Assembly (NCBI GenBank): GCA_041743085.1
Contig: JBGTNL010000093.1
Location: forward strand, 44,704 to 108,703
From: Flavobacteriaceae bacterium
GTDB taxonomy: Bacteria; Bacteroidota; Bacteroidia; Flavobacteriales; Flavobacteriaceae
Length of the DNA stretch: 64,000 nucleotides
Direction of reading: 5' to 3'
Numbering within the stretch: position 1 is the first letter of the stretch; each line of letters begins with the position of its first letter. The position numbers and the translations under genes are program-made. The notes below the pieces were generated by a model, which ran no database searches, had not been told where the DNA came from, and saw nothing but the letters and a program-made list of their open reading frames with translations. Shown in pieces: positions 46,652 to 57,649 of this stretch.

Positions 46652-48677
46652 CCGGTGAAATTTTGGATAAAACTACTTTTTCTGTTTCTTTTTCTACCAA
46701 TTGTTTGTAAAATTCTTTTAGAACAGAATAATATTGTGGTGCAATTAGGGCGCTATTAATTTCCAAACTAGCTTTTAAATTAATGGTGCCTCCATTTTGA
46801 GAAATATTATATTTGAAGGTACCCAGATTTTCTGGCAATCCCAAGGCGATAGGTTTTGGCAACGATTCTACACGATATCCTTCCGGGATCTCAATATTTA
46901 TCAGAAAATTGTCTTCCCAGGGATAGGCAAAGTTCACCGGGTACTTCCTGTCTTCAGATTTAAAGGGGTTTTCAAGTGTCCTCAAATGAAAAAATGGTTA
47001 AAAAAAGAGTTTATCGCCAATTCGTTCAACAATATCTTCCTTCTGAAAATCATAAGATTGAACTATTGTTTTGTGCGGCTCAATAGCATTTCTAAGTTGA
47101 TAATTAGAAATAGCAATATCTCCGCAATCGCTTTCTAATTTCTCCAAAAAAGAATCCTCGGCCCTGCCATTGTAAGAATTTCTGAAATCCAGTGCGTTAT
47201 GGTTATTTAACTGTTCCCTTAATTTTCCTTTTATAGATCTATCCTCAAAAATGGAGACAGTCATTATTATGGCATCCATTGACCTTTTTAGGGGCATAAT
47301 ATCTATCATTTTCGAACTACCGTCTTCACTTAACATTCTACCATACCAATTTAAGTCCCTAACTGGCAGTACGTCCGGTGTACTATATGGTTCTGTGGCA
47401 TCCATAAGACAATAGATATCTCCTATTTTTGCGGCGGCAATAACATAATTATACCCATCAAGTGAAGGAAACAAAGGAATTCCGTGATCCCTCGTGCTTA
47501 TCAAAACAGGATGTGATACTATTCCCGCTTTTTTCAATAAAGCTACCAACATTAAATTAATATCGGCGCTGTTTCCAGAGCCCTTTTTAAATGCCTGTTT
47601 TACCCCTTCTTCGCATTGTACTCCTGTATTTCCATTCCATTTAACTTTTTGTTTAATAAAATTCAGTATTGAGTAAATTTTGATTTTTTCATCATTTATC
47701 CCTTGAAGTCTGTTCTCTAGTTCTTCACCATAATAATTTGTTTTGCTTAATTCTCCGCCAAAGGAATCAGATTGATATAAAAATAATGCAACATCTTCCC
47801 ACGTTCTCGAATAGTTTTCATGTAATACTCCTGGTATAGAAAGGGAAACAATTTCGAAATTAAGTGCGGGCCGATAATTATCTATATTAGAAACATAGTT
47901 CTCATCTTTAATTGCCGGAATATCCGCCATTGTAACCTCAGTAATATTTTCGTTATATTCTAGTGTTCTTCTCTCAAATCCATTTTTGTTTTCCCTACCC
48001 AATCCCGCAACTACATTCTTCTGTTTATAATTAAAGGATGTCCTTTGTAATCTGGTTGATTTTTTTAATTCAATAGGGTGATGTCCTTTTATAATGGCTT
48101 TCTGAGTAAAATATTCAGGAAATTCGGCCAATATGTCTAAATTCTTGGTCGGTATTTCTTCTTGAACCGTGATTTCATCTATTTTATATATAAATGGTGA
48201 TTTTATTTGATATTTATATTCAATTACAGAACCTTTTTTCACGTTAGGCATCACAAGTTTTGTCATGTTTCTATGCTCTGAAACTTCTTGGTGAAAAATT
48301 CCATCTCTGTCGAGTTCAGATTCAATTATTTTTCCGTTTACTAAATTATATGTCATTCCTCTAATGTTAGATACCATTTCTCTTCCCCTTTTTGATTTAA
48401 AAAGAGGGATTACCTTGGTGGCATAATCAAACGCTTCGTCCCCATAAATTTTAATTCGCTCAAAAACATCCGTAATTAGCTCAAATCCATTATCAGGACT
48501 AAATTTATAATGTGACCGGTGTGTTCGGGTGATGAAAATGGCCGTAGCGTTTGAATCCTTTTCATAAAATGTTTCCAACAGTTCGTCTTTGGAAATTTTG
48601 CCGAATTTTACTTCCTGCGCCCCAAGTGTCGAAACGGCAACCAATAGTATTAAAATCTGGATCCTTTTAAAAATCAT
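46617..48677 (-). pseudogene. DUF3857 / transglutaminase-like / DUF3858 paralogue interrupted by an in-frame TAA
   Basis: The track ORFs 46998-48677 (559 aa) and 46617-46985 (122 aa) are in the same frame. They are separated only by TAA (plus-strand coordinates 46998-47000) plus 4 codons: ...GDKLFF*PFFHLRTLENPF. The combined product aligns end-to-end with the upstream 656-aa paralogue. Confidence 0.6.
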
Positions 48678-48706
48678 GATAAACGTTTTTGATTACTAAT
48701 TGACGG

Positions 48707-50626
48707 CTATAGGTTGTTTTTTACGATAACAATTTGTGCATTGTCCATCCTGGCCACTTCCTTTCTAAAAGCGCGGTAACTTTCATATTTTCCACTGGCA
48801 TGGGCTCCTTCCTTTATTAAGAAGCCTCTTCTGTAGGTAAGGGTACTATCCGTTTCGCTCTTCGTCACGGACATTTTATACGCGCCAAATTCGTTCTCGA
48901 TCCCTGCCTTTTCGGGAATGGCTTCCACCTCATAGCCCTCCGGCAAACTGATAACAAATTCATCTTCGTCCAGGAAGCCGCGTTGTATCTCAAAAGGTAA
49001 TTTCCGTGTTCTATACCTGTTTGGTACGTAACTGTTTTGATTAAAGGCGTTGGGAGCAAACAAAATTCTATCCCCGCTTTTTGTGGCGTAATTCTGGGCT
49101 TCCAGGTTTAATTCTTCCTTAAAGCTGATCTCCTCTCTGTTATTCTTAAATTTATAGTTCCGAAGTTTAAGATTATTGATGTGCCCCCAGTAGTTTTTGT
49201 AGTGCACATCGATCTTTTCGGGGATCTCCGCTTCCAGGAAGAACCTATTGTCATATTGTATTCCTTTTGTAAGGATACTTATGGTGCCTGCAATCCCGCC
49301 CGCTTCGTTCAGCGAATAACGGGCTGTAGTTTTTTGATAGTTGTCGTCATTTAAGTAAGAGGGAGTATAGGTTAGTTCACCTCCCTCCGAGGTAATAACC
49401 AAAACTTGCCTGTCATCCGTAAAATCCCCGACAAAACCAAAGGGATGTACCTGGCTGGTGCAATCTATCCAGTAATATTTCTCCTTATAGGGAATCGCCA
49501 GAATTACATGATCGCCCTGAGCCAGATCTGCGAAATCTTCCTCAAAATCTACCTTGTTCGTTCCGGATTCCACGTGCGTATAATAAGAAGGTACTCCCAC
49601 AACCTCCAGCAGCGCTTTTGTGTAGTTGGAAAGTTCTTTGCAATCCCCGTACTGTACCCTGTCCACCTCAATAGCGCTTATGGGTTGAATACCGCCAATA
49701 CCAACCTGGACGCTGATATATCTGGTATTATTCTGAATGTAGTTGTAGATGATTTTAGCTTTTTCCAGGGGATCGGCAACCCCCTGAACAAGGGATCTCA
49801 CCTTTAGTTTGGTGACCTCGGGCAATTCACTCCGGTTCTTTAAGAGGTTGTCATTCATCCAGTTACCAAGCTCTTTCCAATCCTTTATCAGGGAAGCTTC
49901 ATAGCCCTCATAATGAAAGTTTTCTGCCCTTACCATCAGTTTGGGGGCTATTTTGCTAAAAGATGGACTTAAACTTTCTTCCTTTATGGCGTTGATGTTC
50001 GAAGCCTCATATGCAATGCTGTTTTGGGATTCTATTCTTTTTACCTTAATCCCTTCAAGATTCTTTTCTTTGATCTGAGGTTTTAAGTCCGGGGAACTAT
50101 ACTCCACCTTGTAAGTACTTTTTTGAGTACTTATCAAAAATCCATCAAGGAAATACCAGGAGGGAATATTGGCTGTATTTTCGGTTGAAACCTCATATGA
50201 GAACACCACGGTATACGGATATTGCACCGGGGTATAATCCATGTATAAAATCCGTGAATCAGTATACAAGGTTCCGCCATCAACAGCGCTTATATCCTTA
50301 AATTCCTTTTCTTTTATTTTTCCTATTTCATTCCCAAGGGCATCATATATAAATGCCTCCACCTTTTCAACTTTAAGGCTGTTATTATAACCAACCGAAG
50401 TGTGGGTGTGCTTGTTTCCATGTTTGTTGAGGACGGTTACAATCCTTTTGAGATGTATACTCATTTTTTTGACCGAGGCAAGCTTTACCGTCATCTCGTC
50501 CTGGCGAACAATAGCGTTGGCATTTACGGTAAGGTCTTTATCAATTAGAAGTGAGGAGTAATTTAGATCCTGTGTAAAAGAAAGCTGACAACAAAAAACA
50601 AGGAAGAGTAAACAAAAATGGCGCAT
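48707..50626 (-). CDS. Secreted DUF3857 / transglutaminase-like cysteine-protease-fold / DUF3858 protein
   Basis: Signal peptide MRHFCLLFLVFCCQLSFTQD; ATG 50626 is preferred as the start. A transglutaminase-core motif YGDCKELSNY and downstream His/Asp (GDHVILAI...WIDCT) are present. Confidence 0.7.
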   Translation of the reverse strand: MRHFCLLFLVFCCQLSFTQDLNYSSLLIDKDLTVNANAIVRQDEMTVKLASVKKMSIHLKRIVTVLNKHGNKHTHTSVGYNNSLKVEKVEAFIYDALGNEIGKIKEKEFKDISAVDGGTLYTDSRILYMDYTPVQYPYTVVFSYEVSTENTANIPSWYFLDGFLISTQKSTYKVEYSSPDLKPQIKEKNLEGIKVKRIESQNSIAYEASNINAIKEESLSPSFSKIAPKLMVRAENFHYEGYEASLIKDWKELGNWMNDNLLKNRSELPEVTKLKVRSLVQGVADPLEKAKIIYNYIQNNTRYISVQVGIGGIQPISAIEVDRVQYGDCKELSNYTKALLEVVGVPSYYTHVESGTNKVDFEEDFADLAQGDHVILAIPYKEKYYWIDCTSQVHPFGFVGDFTDDRQVLVITSEGGELTYTPSYLNDDNYQKTTARYSLNEAGGIAGTISILTKGIQYDNRFFLEAEIPEKIDVHYKNYWGHINNLKLRNYKFKNNREEISFKEELNLEAQNYATKSGDRILFAPNAFNQNSYVPNRYRTRKLPFEIQRGFLDEDEFVISLPEGYEVEAIPEKAGIENEFGAYKMSVTKSETDSTLTYRRGFLIKEGAHASGKYESYRAFRKEVARMDNAQIVIVKNNL

Positions 50627-50705
50627 CCGGAAGATCTGGTTGGTTTCTGAAACACAAAAATCCAAAATTCCCGTCATTCTATGGCAATAAACTCGGTGAA
50701 GGGTC

Positions 50706-51158
50706 TTATTCCCTCTTCTTGGTGTCGATCAGAATGGTTACAGGCCCGTCATTACACAAATTTACCTTCATATCTGCACCAAAAATACCGGCACCCACTT
50801 TTTTGCCCAGATCTTTTTCAAGCTGCCCGATAAATTGTTCATAAAGCGGGATAGCCTTATCCGGTTTAGATGCTTTAATGTAGGAAGGGCGGTTTCCCTT
50901 TTTGGTTGAGGCGTGCAAAGTAAATTGGCTCACCACTATGGCGTCTCCATTTACCTCGTGCAACGACCTGTTCATCACCCCGTTCCGATCATTAAATATT
51001 CTCAGGTTCACTATTTTCCGCGACAACCATTCAATATCTTTTTCATTATCGGCATCTTCAATTCCCAATAATACCACAATGCCCTTGCCCATAGAAGCCG
51101 TTATCTGTTGATCCGCGCTAACCCCTGCGGAAGACACTCTTTGGATTACTGCTCTCAT
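50706..51158 (-). CDS. dtd: D-aminoacyl-tRNA deacylase
   Basis: 150 aa with MRAVIQRV..., SQFTL and GPVT motifs. Confidence 0.9.
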   Translation of the reverse strand: MRAVIQRVSSAGVSADQQITASMGKGIVVLLGIEDADNEKDIEWLSRKIVNLRIFNDRNGVMNRSLHEVNGDAIVVSQFTLHASTKKGNRPSYIKASKPDKAIPLYEQFIGQLEKDLGKKVGAGIFGADMKVNLCNDGPVTILIDTKKRE

Positions 51159-51160
51159 GC

Positions 51161-52105
51161 CTACTCGTAATTGTCTATTCGGTAGCTGTCATCTTCTCCC
51201 GAAATTATTTGCACGTAACTCCTATACCTGCTCCAGGAGACTTCATCTTTATCAAGGGCTTCTTTGACGGCACATTGAGGTTCGTCAATATGAAGGCAAT
51301 TATTGAACTTGCATGCACCCTTTAAGGCGAAGAACTCAGGAAAATAATCCCCTATCTCTTCTTTATCCATATCTACTATGCCAAAACCTTTGATGCCCGG
51401 AGTATCTATGATCCTGCCGCCAAAATCCAGATCGAACATTTCGGCGAAGGTTGTGGTGTGTTGTCCCTGTAAATGCCGTTCCGATAATTCCTCTGTTTTC
51501 AAATCCAAATGCGGAGCTATCCTATTTAAAAGGGTTGTTTTACCAACACCCGAATGCCCTACGAACATACTTGTTTTTTCTGCCATCAACTCCTTTACCT
51601 TATCCACATTCTTGCCTGTTTTGGCCGATATTCCTATGCACGAATAACCTATATTCCTGTACAAAGCCGCAAGATATTTTACTTCGGAGAGCTCATCCTG
51701 TTCATAGCTGTCTATTTTGTTAAAAAGTAAGACAGTGTGGATATCATAAGCTTCAGAGGTAGCCAAAAACCTGTCGATAAATAGGGTAAAGGTTTTGGGA
51801 TTGTTCAGGGTTATAAGCAAAAAGACCAGATCAATATTCGCCGCAATTATATGTGTTTGCTTAGAGAGGTTTACGGATTTTCGAATAATGTAGTTTTTTC
51901 TGTCCTCAATAGCCGTGATCATTCCTGTGGTCTCATCACCGCCTGTTTCCATATCAAATAGGATCCTGTCTCCCACCGCGACCGGATTGGTACTTTTAAT
52001 GCCCTGCATGCGGAACCTGCCTTTTATCCTGCAATTTAAAGTGTCGCCCTCATCGGTCTTCACAGTGTACCAGCTTCCGGTCGACTTATAAACAGTTGCC
52101 TGCAT
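51161..52105 (-). CDS. rsgA: Ribosome small-subunit-dependent GTPase A
   Basis: 314 aa with a circularly permuted GTPase layout (NKIDS..., GHSGVGKTTL) and a C-terminal Zn cluster (CKFNNCLHIDEPQC). Confidence 0.9.
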   Translation of the reverse strand: MQATVYKSTGSWYTVKTDEGDTLNCRIKGRFRMQGIKSTNPVAVGDRILFDMETGGDETTGMITAIEDRKNYIIRKSVNLSKQTHIIAANIDLVFLLITLNNPKTFTLFIDRFLATSEAYDIHTVLLFNKIDSYEQDELSEVKYLAALYRNIGYSCIGISAKTGKNVDKVKELMAEKTSMFVGHSGVGKTTLLNRIAPHLDLKTEELSERHLQGQHTTTFAEMFDLDFGGRIIDTPGIKGFGIVDMDKEEIGDYFPEFFALKGACKFNNCLHIDEPQCAVKEALDKDEVSWSRYRSYVQIISGEDDSYRIDNYE

Positions 52106-52206
52106 TCTCTGTTGGTATTTCTCTGCAAAGAAACAATAATCCTAGAAGACTATCTGCTATATTTGTTTCGCAAAAACCTAATGTATCTTCAATAAACCAA
52201 TTTATT

Positions 52207-52647
52207 ATGAAAAAAATTCTTTTTATCGCTTTCCTTGGATTGGTAGTCACAATGGAAGCCAATGCCCAACAATTTAAGGTAATTACCAGTGTGGAATCCA
52301 TTGTTCCAAGCGGATTGGGAAGATCCAGGATCATCAACGCCCAAGAGGATAAGGATTACAAAGAGTACACGAGTTTACAGACAGATGAGGACAACTCAAG
52401 AAACAAATCGGATCGAGGTGATATTCGGGTGAAAAACTTTGAGGAAACCAAGTTATTGAACTTCTTCAACATCGGTGGCATACGCTTTCAGAATATCGCC
52501 GCCAATGACGCCCTGCTCACCTCCATGATCAATTCCATGGTGGCCGATGGATGGGAACTGGCTTTTGTGACCAGTGCGGTTGAAAGTGATGGCGGCAAAG
52601 AAGACGGCCAGGGTATTTTTATTACCCGGTTTATTTTTAAGAAGTAA
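52207..52647 (+). CDS. Secreted hypothetical protein
   Basis: Signal peptide MKKILFIAFLGLVVTMEANAQ. No family was recognised. The upstream part of the track ORF (from 52096) overlaps the rsgA start and is unlikely to be coding. Confidence 0.5.
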   Translation: MKKILFIAFLGLVVTMEANAQQFKVITSVESIVPSGLGRSRIINAQEDKDYKEYTSLQTDEDNSRNKSDRGDIRVKNFEETKLLNFFNIGGIRFQNIAANDALLTSMINSMVADGWELAFVTSAVESDGGKEDGQGIFITRFIFKK

Positions 52648-52734
52648 CTATCGCGGGAAAATTAACTTAAGGACAAATAGAGGCAGCATTTGAAAAAAAC
52701 TTTCGGGCCGCCTCTTCCTGAGTTGATCCGTTTT

Positions 52735-53412
52735 CTAATAATCTTTTATAACTATACGCCCCCCCGCGAGGGTATTCTTATTCACTTCTTTTGGGTTGCC
52801 GTATACGTACACATCACCTCCGGCCCGTACATTGATATCTACTTTATCGGAAGCATGCAATTCTGCCTCGCCACCGGCCGATATTTTAATACTCGCCACT
52901 TCGGTTTTAAGACCCCTCCCCTCAAATATACCACCGGTGTTCAAAACGATCACCTGGTTAGTTGCGATTCCGGAAGCTTCCACTATTCCGCCGGTTACCG
53001 CCCGGATATCTGCGTTTTCCACCTTCATTCCTATCCGGATCTGTGCCCCTTCCTGGGAGCGTAATTCAATCCTGTCCTGTACAACTTCCTCGTTACAGAC
53101 AATTTTAGCGCCTTCATTCCCGTCAATGATATCGAGATCCGTATAATAGACTTCTATCAGAGTATCTTCCCCCTGGAATTTCTTTTCCAATTGCATCCGT
53201 AACTTTAATGTTCCGTCTTTGTTGACAAACTTTATATCATATACGTTATCCCCTTTGATCAAAATCCTGTTTTGGTCAGATTTTATAAGGTTTACTTCAA
53301 TAAGATCGAAGACTTTTATTTCGTTGAATTCCCCAACTTCTTTATCAATAATTCGCTGTGCGAAGGCATTCACGCCGAAGAATACCATACAGAGGGTAAG
53401 TACTTTTTTCAT
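52735..53412 (-). CDS. DUF2807 ('head GIN') secreted protein, second paralogue
   Basis: Signal peptide MKKVLTLCMVFFGVNAFAQ and repetitive beta-solenoid-like segments similar to 29018-29761. Confidence 0.55.
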   Translation of the reverse strand: MKKVLTLCMVFFGVNAFAQRIIDKEVGEFNEIKVFDLIEVNLIKSDQNRILIKGDNVYDIKFVNKDGTLKLRMQLEKKFQGEDTLIEVYYTDLDIIDGNEGAKIVCNEEVVQDRIELRSQEGAQIRIGMKVENADIRAVTGGIVEASGIATNQVIVLNTGGIFEGRGLKTEVASIKISAGGEAELHASDKVDINVRAGGDVYVYGNPKEVNKNTLAGGRIVIKDY

Positions 53413-53587
53413 TATCAGTTGTTTTAATGTTCCATTAAAAGATGCATCCGGAATTGATTTGTTACAGTTTTGAGTAGATAAAAGCTATTGGGAATTAAAA
53501 TCCGGTACGAGGGCGCGGCATAGCGAAATCAAAAATTTGATATTTTTTCACTGGAAAACCTACCGCTGATTGACAATATCATTAAGA

Positions 53588-53833
53588 TTATCCGGTGTTC
53601 AAAGCCCGTTCCATCTCCTGCGTAAACTCCTCCCGGAAAAAAACCCTCTTGCAATGAAAGCATTCTACAAAGCGGGATGCCGTAATTCTGAAGAGTGGAA
53701 GCCAAAACAAGTGAACGTAATTCGGGATAACAGTTGCTGTTAACGTATTAATTTGCATGCAATGGGGACAGGCCACCCCCTCCAATTTTTTTAATTCGGT
53801 TTTTCCGGGCCTTGTTCCAAAAAACAGTATCAT
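53588..53833 (-). CDS. Small zinc-ribbon protein
   Basis: 81 aa with two CxxC pairs (CPHC ... CFHC) separated by a hydrophobic segment. Confidence 0.5.
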   Translation of the reverse strand: MILFFGTRPGKTELKKLEGVACPHCMQINTLTATVIPNYVHLFWLPLFRITASRFVECFHCKRVFFREEFTQEMERALNTG

Positions 53834-53929
53834 GCAGCTTTCTAAATTGGATCAACTTCCCTAAATTAAGCAAACTTTCAAAAACGAAAGACATTAGCCG
53901 GAAACTAGACTTTTTGTTACTTTTACCAA

Positions 53930-55945
53930 TTGCAGAATAATTACGCCGTGATTTCAAAATACACTATAGACCAGGTATACGAAACCGCCCGCTTGGAGGA
54001 GGTTATAGGGGATTTTGTGCAATTGAAAAAATCGGGTTCTAATTTTAAGGGACTTAGTCCGTTTACAGATGAGCGCACTCCCAGTTTTATGGTTTCCCCC
54101 GTAAAACAGATATGGAAAGATTTTAGCAGCGGAAAAGGCGGCAACGTGGTTGCTTTCCTGATGGAACATGAACATTTTACCTATCCCGAGGCCATAAAAT
54201 ACCTGGCAAGGAAGTACAATATAGAAATTGAGGAAACGGAACGGACAGATGAGGAAAAAGAACAAGCCAACGAAAGGGAAAGCATGTTCCTGGTTTCAGA
54301 ATTTGCACAAAAGTATTTTGAGAAGACACTTTGGGAAACTGAGTTGGGAAAGGCCATTGGACTCAGTTATTTTAAGGAACGCGGTTTTACGGACGATATT
54401 ATAAGAAAGTTCGGTTTAGGTTATAACCCGGACCAGTGGGATGCTTTTACCAATGAAGCACTGGATAAAGGCTATCAACTGGAATTTCTTCAAAAAACCG
54501 GCCTTACCATTGTTAAGGAAGGTGGAAACGATACGGGAAACCTTAAAAAGTTCGACAGGTTTAAGGGCCGGGTGCTATTCCCTATTCATTCCATGAGCGG
54601 CAGAGTTCTTGGATTCGGCGGACGTATTCTTACAAACGATAAAAAGGCGGCAAAATACCTGAATTCCCCTGAAAGTGAAGTTTATCATAAAAGTAAGGTG
54701 CTCTACGGCATATATTTTGCGAAACACGCTATTGCAAAGGAAGATAACTGCTACCTTGTGGAGGGCTATACCGATGTGATACAATTGTATCAGGCAGGGA
54801 TCCACAATGTGGTGGCGTCCAGCGGAACAGCCCTGACACCGGAGCAGATACGGCTTGTGAACCGGCTTACAAAAAATATCACTGTGCTGTTCGACGGGGA
54901 TGCCGCCGGCTTACGAGCTTCCCTTCGCGGCATAGATCTGATCCTGGAGCAAGGTATGAATGTAAAGATCTGTACCTTTCCGGAAGGAGAGGACCCAGAT
55001 AGTTTTGCGAAAAACAACGAGTACGAAGAACTAACGCAATACCTGCAGGAATATTCAAAAGACTTTATTCGGTTTAAAGCCTCCTTATTAATCGAGGAAT
55101 CGGCCAGTGACCCGATAAAAAGGGCTGATACTATCAGGGATATTGTGCGCAGTATCTCCCGGATACCCGATAGAATAAAAAGGGAGGTCTACATTCAGGA
55201 ATGCGCCCAGATAATGAATATTTCTGAAGAAGTCTTATTTAACACCCTGGCCCAGATAGGAAAAAAAGAACTGGCGGATGCCTCTAAAAAGGCCTATCAG
55301 GAGCAGAAGGCCTTCGAGGTGGTACGAAATGAACAAGTACAGGAAAGGGTAGATATTGATCGCGTACACGAGAAAGAAATATTAAAAATACTCCTCCAAT
55401 TTGGAATGAAGGAGGAAGATTTTGTGGAGTTATATTATGAAAATAACGAAGAAGGTGACCTTATTCTTATTAAGGATGAGGTTCGACGTAAGGTGGCGGA
55501 AAAAATTTATCTGGAATTACAGGATGATGAAATTGAATTTGCCGATGAGAATTTCAAACAGATCTACAATTCGCTTATAGGAAAGCAGATTAATGAAGAA
55601 ACATTTAGTTTTAGTGAATGGTTAAGTACGTTACCTAAGGAAATATCAGAGATTGTAGTGGATCTTGATATGAGTGAAAATAAGTATGATCTTCATAACT
55701 GGGAACGGAAAGATATCTATGTTAAATTAAAGGAATTTCAGATTGCCCAAAGGGTTTCCCAAACAATCACTTCTATTAGATTAAAATTGATCGATAGCCT
55801 TATAAGCAATATTGCCACGGACGTTCAAAATAGTAATGACAACGGGATTGCCTCAGAAGAACAGAAAATTGATTATCAGAACTATACCGATTTAAAAAAG
55901 ATTTTGTCGCAGAGAAATGATCTGGTGGTGAAACAATTTCACTAA
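53930..55945 (+). CDS. dnaG: DNA primase
   Basis: Zinc-binding N-terminus (GLSPFTDERTPSFMVSP), a TOPRIM segment (LVEGYTDVI ... LFDGDAAG) and a long C-terminal helical domain. The true start may be GTG 53948. Confidence 0.9.
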   Translation: MQNNYAVISKYTIDQVYETARLEEVIGDFVQLKKSGSNFKGLSPFTDERTPSFMVSPVKQIWKDFSSGKGGNVVAFLMEHEHFTYPEAIKYLARKYNIEIEETERTDEEKEQANERESMFLVSEFAQKYFEKTLWETELGKAIGLSYFKERGFTDDIIRKFGLGYNPDQWDAFTNEALDKGYQLEFLQKTGLTIVKEGGNDTGNLKKFDRFKGRVLFPIHSMSGRVLGFGGRILTNDKKAAKYLNSPESEVYHKSKVLYGIYFAKHAIAKEDNCYLVEGYTDVIQLYQAGIHNVVASSGTALTPEQIRLVNRLTKNITVLFDGDAAGLRASLRGIDLILEQGMNVKICTFPEGEDPDSFAKNNEYEELTQYLQEYSKDFIRFKASLLIEESASDPIKRADTIRDIVRSISRIPDRIKREVYIQECAQIMNISEEVLFNTLAQIGKKELADASKKAYQEQKAFEVVRNEQVQERVDIDRVHEKEILKILLQFGMKEEDFVELYYENNEEGDLILIKDEVRRKVAEKIYLELQDDEIEFADENFKQIYNSLIGKQINEETFSFSEWLSTLPKEISEIVVDLDMSENKYDLHNWERKDIYVKLKEFQIAQRVSQTITSIRLKLIDSLISNIATDVQNSNDNGIASEEQKIDYQNYTDLKKILSQRNDLVVKQFH

Positions 55946-56014
55946 AGGGCACCCTAATAACTCTGTTTGCAACCAAAGTGGGTTTTTTAGAGATGCCCTA
56001 AAGGCTATTGGCAA

Positions 56015-56040
56015 TAAAAAAACCCTGACGGCAGGTCAGA
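56015..56040 (-). terminator. Rho-independent terminator of the response-regulator gene (minus strand)
   Basis: The minus strand reads ctgac-ctgcc-gtcag followed by ggttttttt, 27 nt beyond the stop at 56067. Confidence 0.5.
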
Positions 56041-56066
56041 GTTCTTGTACAAGTTTCTTAATAACC

Positions 56067-56696
56067 TTAATACAATTCTAAAGCCTTGGCCTGCTGCAGT
56101 AGGTCTACAAGGTTATCTACATTTAATTTTTTCATCAGGCGTGCTTTGTAGGTGCTGACCGTTTTCTCGTTAAGGTTGAGCCCAAGAGCAACATCTTTAT
56201 TGCGTTTGCCACTGGCCAGTAATTTAAGCACCTCCACTTCCCTGGTGGAAAGCTTTCTGAAAAATCTTCTTGGTTTCTGTGTCCCTTCATCAAAAGCAAG
56301 ACGCTGTGCCAATTCATTGGTAATAAACATATTTCCTTCTGCCACTTTTCTCACTGCGGAAATAATATAGTCTATATCCGCCGTTTTCGATAAATAACCA
56401 AAGGCACCAGCCCTTATAGTGCTCAATGCATAGACATCCTCAGATTGACCACTATAAATTAATACTTTAATATCCGGGTACTCCTTTTTAATTTTTCTTA
56501 ATGTGGCAATCCCGTTGATTTCGGGAATATCCATTTCCAACATCACTACATCAGGAGTTTCCCTTTCTAATTTTCTGAATAGTTCCGAGGTGGTGCCAAC
56601 ATCTGCAATAACTTCAAAATCTGAAGCTGCACTTAATACATGCCTTATGCCCATTCTAATTATAGGGTGGTTGTCTGCAATTAATACTTTGATCAT
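56067..56696 (-). CDS. NarL/LuxR-family response regulator (REC + HTH)
   Basis: 209 aa. The receiver domain has DVVMLEMDIPE (phospho-Asp region). The C-terminal part is LSTREVEVLKLLASGKRNKDVA... No histidine kinase lies adjacent. Confidence 0.85.
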   Translation of the reverse strand: MIKVLIADNHPIIRMGIRHVLSAASDFEVIADVGTTSELFRKLERETPDVVMLEMDIPEINGIATLRKIKKEYPDIKVLIYSGQSEDVYALSTIRAGAFGYLSKTADIDYIISAVRKVAEGNMFITNELAQRLAFDEGTQKPRRFFRKLSTREVEVLKLLASGKRNKDVALGLNLNEKTVSTYKARLMKKLNVDNLVDLLQQAKALELY

Positions 56697-56860
56697 TTTG
56701 GTTTGTTTTCTAGAAATTTAACGGCGCCCGTCTAAAAATACTGACATGCAATGTAAGGTTAAAATATCTAATTTCTTAAACAAAAATGTACTTTTTTTCT
56801 CAATTAACAAGAATTTTTTTGATTTTATTCGACTTAATTACCTGATTATTAGTTGAGAGG

Positions 56861-57649
56861 TTATTTTAACTCCTTAGGTATCTCACAAACCGGAATGGGA
56901 ATCATCTTATGCCTGTTCGACGAATGGAAGGAATTATAGATGAGAAGGACTTCTTTCTTCCTGCCCGAAAAATCATTAACGGATTTTCCCTGTTCCATCA
57001 TTGCCATGGCCCATTCCAGCTCCGGATAAGACGCACCTATCTGATCTTCATCCGTCCTGTTGTCGCCCCAAAGCCCATCAGTGGGGGCAGCCTCTATGAT
57101 TTCTTTATTTATGCCCAGAAATTCGGCTATTTCGTATACCTCGGTCTTTAACAGGTCCGCAATAGGACTCAGATCCACGCCCCCGTCACCGTATTTTGTG
57201 TAAAAGCCAACCCCGAAGTCTTCAACCTTATTTCCCGTACCTGCCACAAGATATTTTTTTAAGGCCGCAAAATAATACAAAGTTGTCATTCTAAGTCTTG
57301 CCCGGGTATTCGCCAGAGACATAAACAGTTCTTCCTCGGTATCGGCGTCAGGGAGAACTCCTACCAGACTATCAAATACCTTGGTAAGATCCACCCACTC
57401 CCTTGTTACATTTCCAAAATTATCCTGCAACCATAAAATATGCCTGGAAGCCCTGCTCACCTGTGCTTCTCCCTGGTGAATAGGCATTTCAAGACACAAT
57501 AATTCTAATCCGCTCCGGGCACATAGGGTTGAGGTAACCGCAGAATCAATACCTCCCGAGACCCCAATGACAAAACCCTTCATTTTTGCACTCGTGGCAT
57601 ATTCCTGTAGCCACTTAACAATACGGGTTACTACTTTTTCTGTTTTCAT
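56861..57649 (-). CDS. nadE: Ammonia-dependent NAD+ synthetase
   Basis: 262 aa with the PP-loop GVSGGIDSAV. Confidence 0.85.
   Translation of the reverse strand: MKTEKVVTRIVKWLQEYATSAKMKGFVIGVSGGIDSAVTSTLCARSGLELLCLEMPIHQGEAQVSRASRHILWLQDNFGNVTREWVDLTKVFDSLVGVLPDADTEEELFMSLANTRARLRMTTLYYFAALKKYLVAGTGNKVEDFGVGFYTKYGDGGVDLSPIADLLKTEVYEIAEFLGINKEIIEAAPTDGLWGDNRTDEDQIGASYPELEWAMAMMEQGKSVNDFSGRKKEVLLIYNSFHSSNRHKMIPIPVCEIPKELK

Noticed and set aside
52096-52206. N-terminal extension of the 183-aa track ORF
   Set aside because: It overlaps the rsgA start on the opposite strand and precedes a clear signal peptide that begins at ATG 52207.
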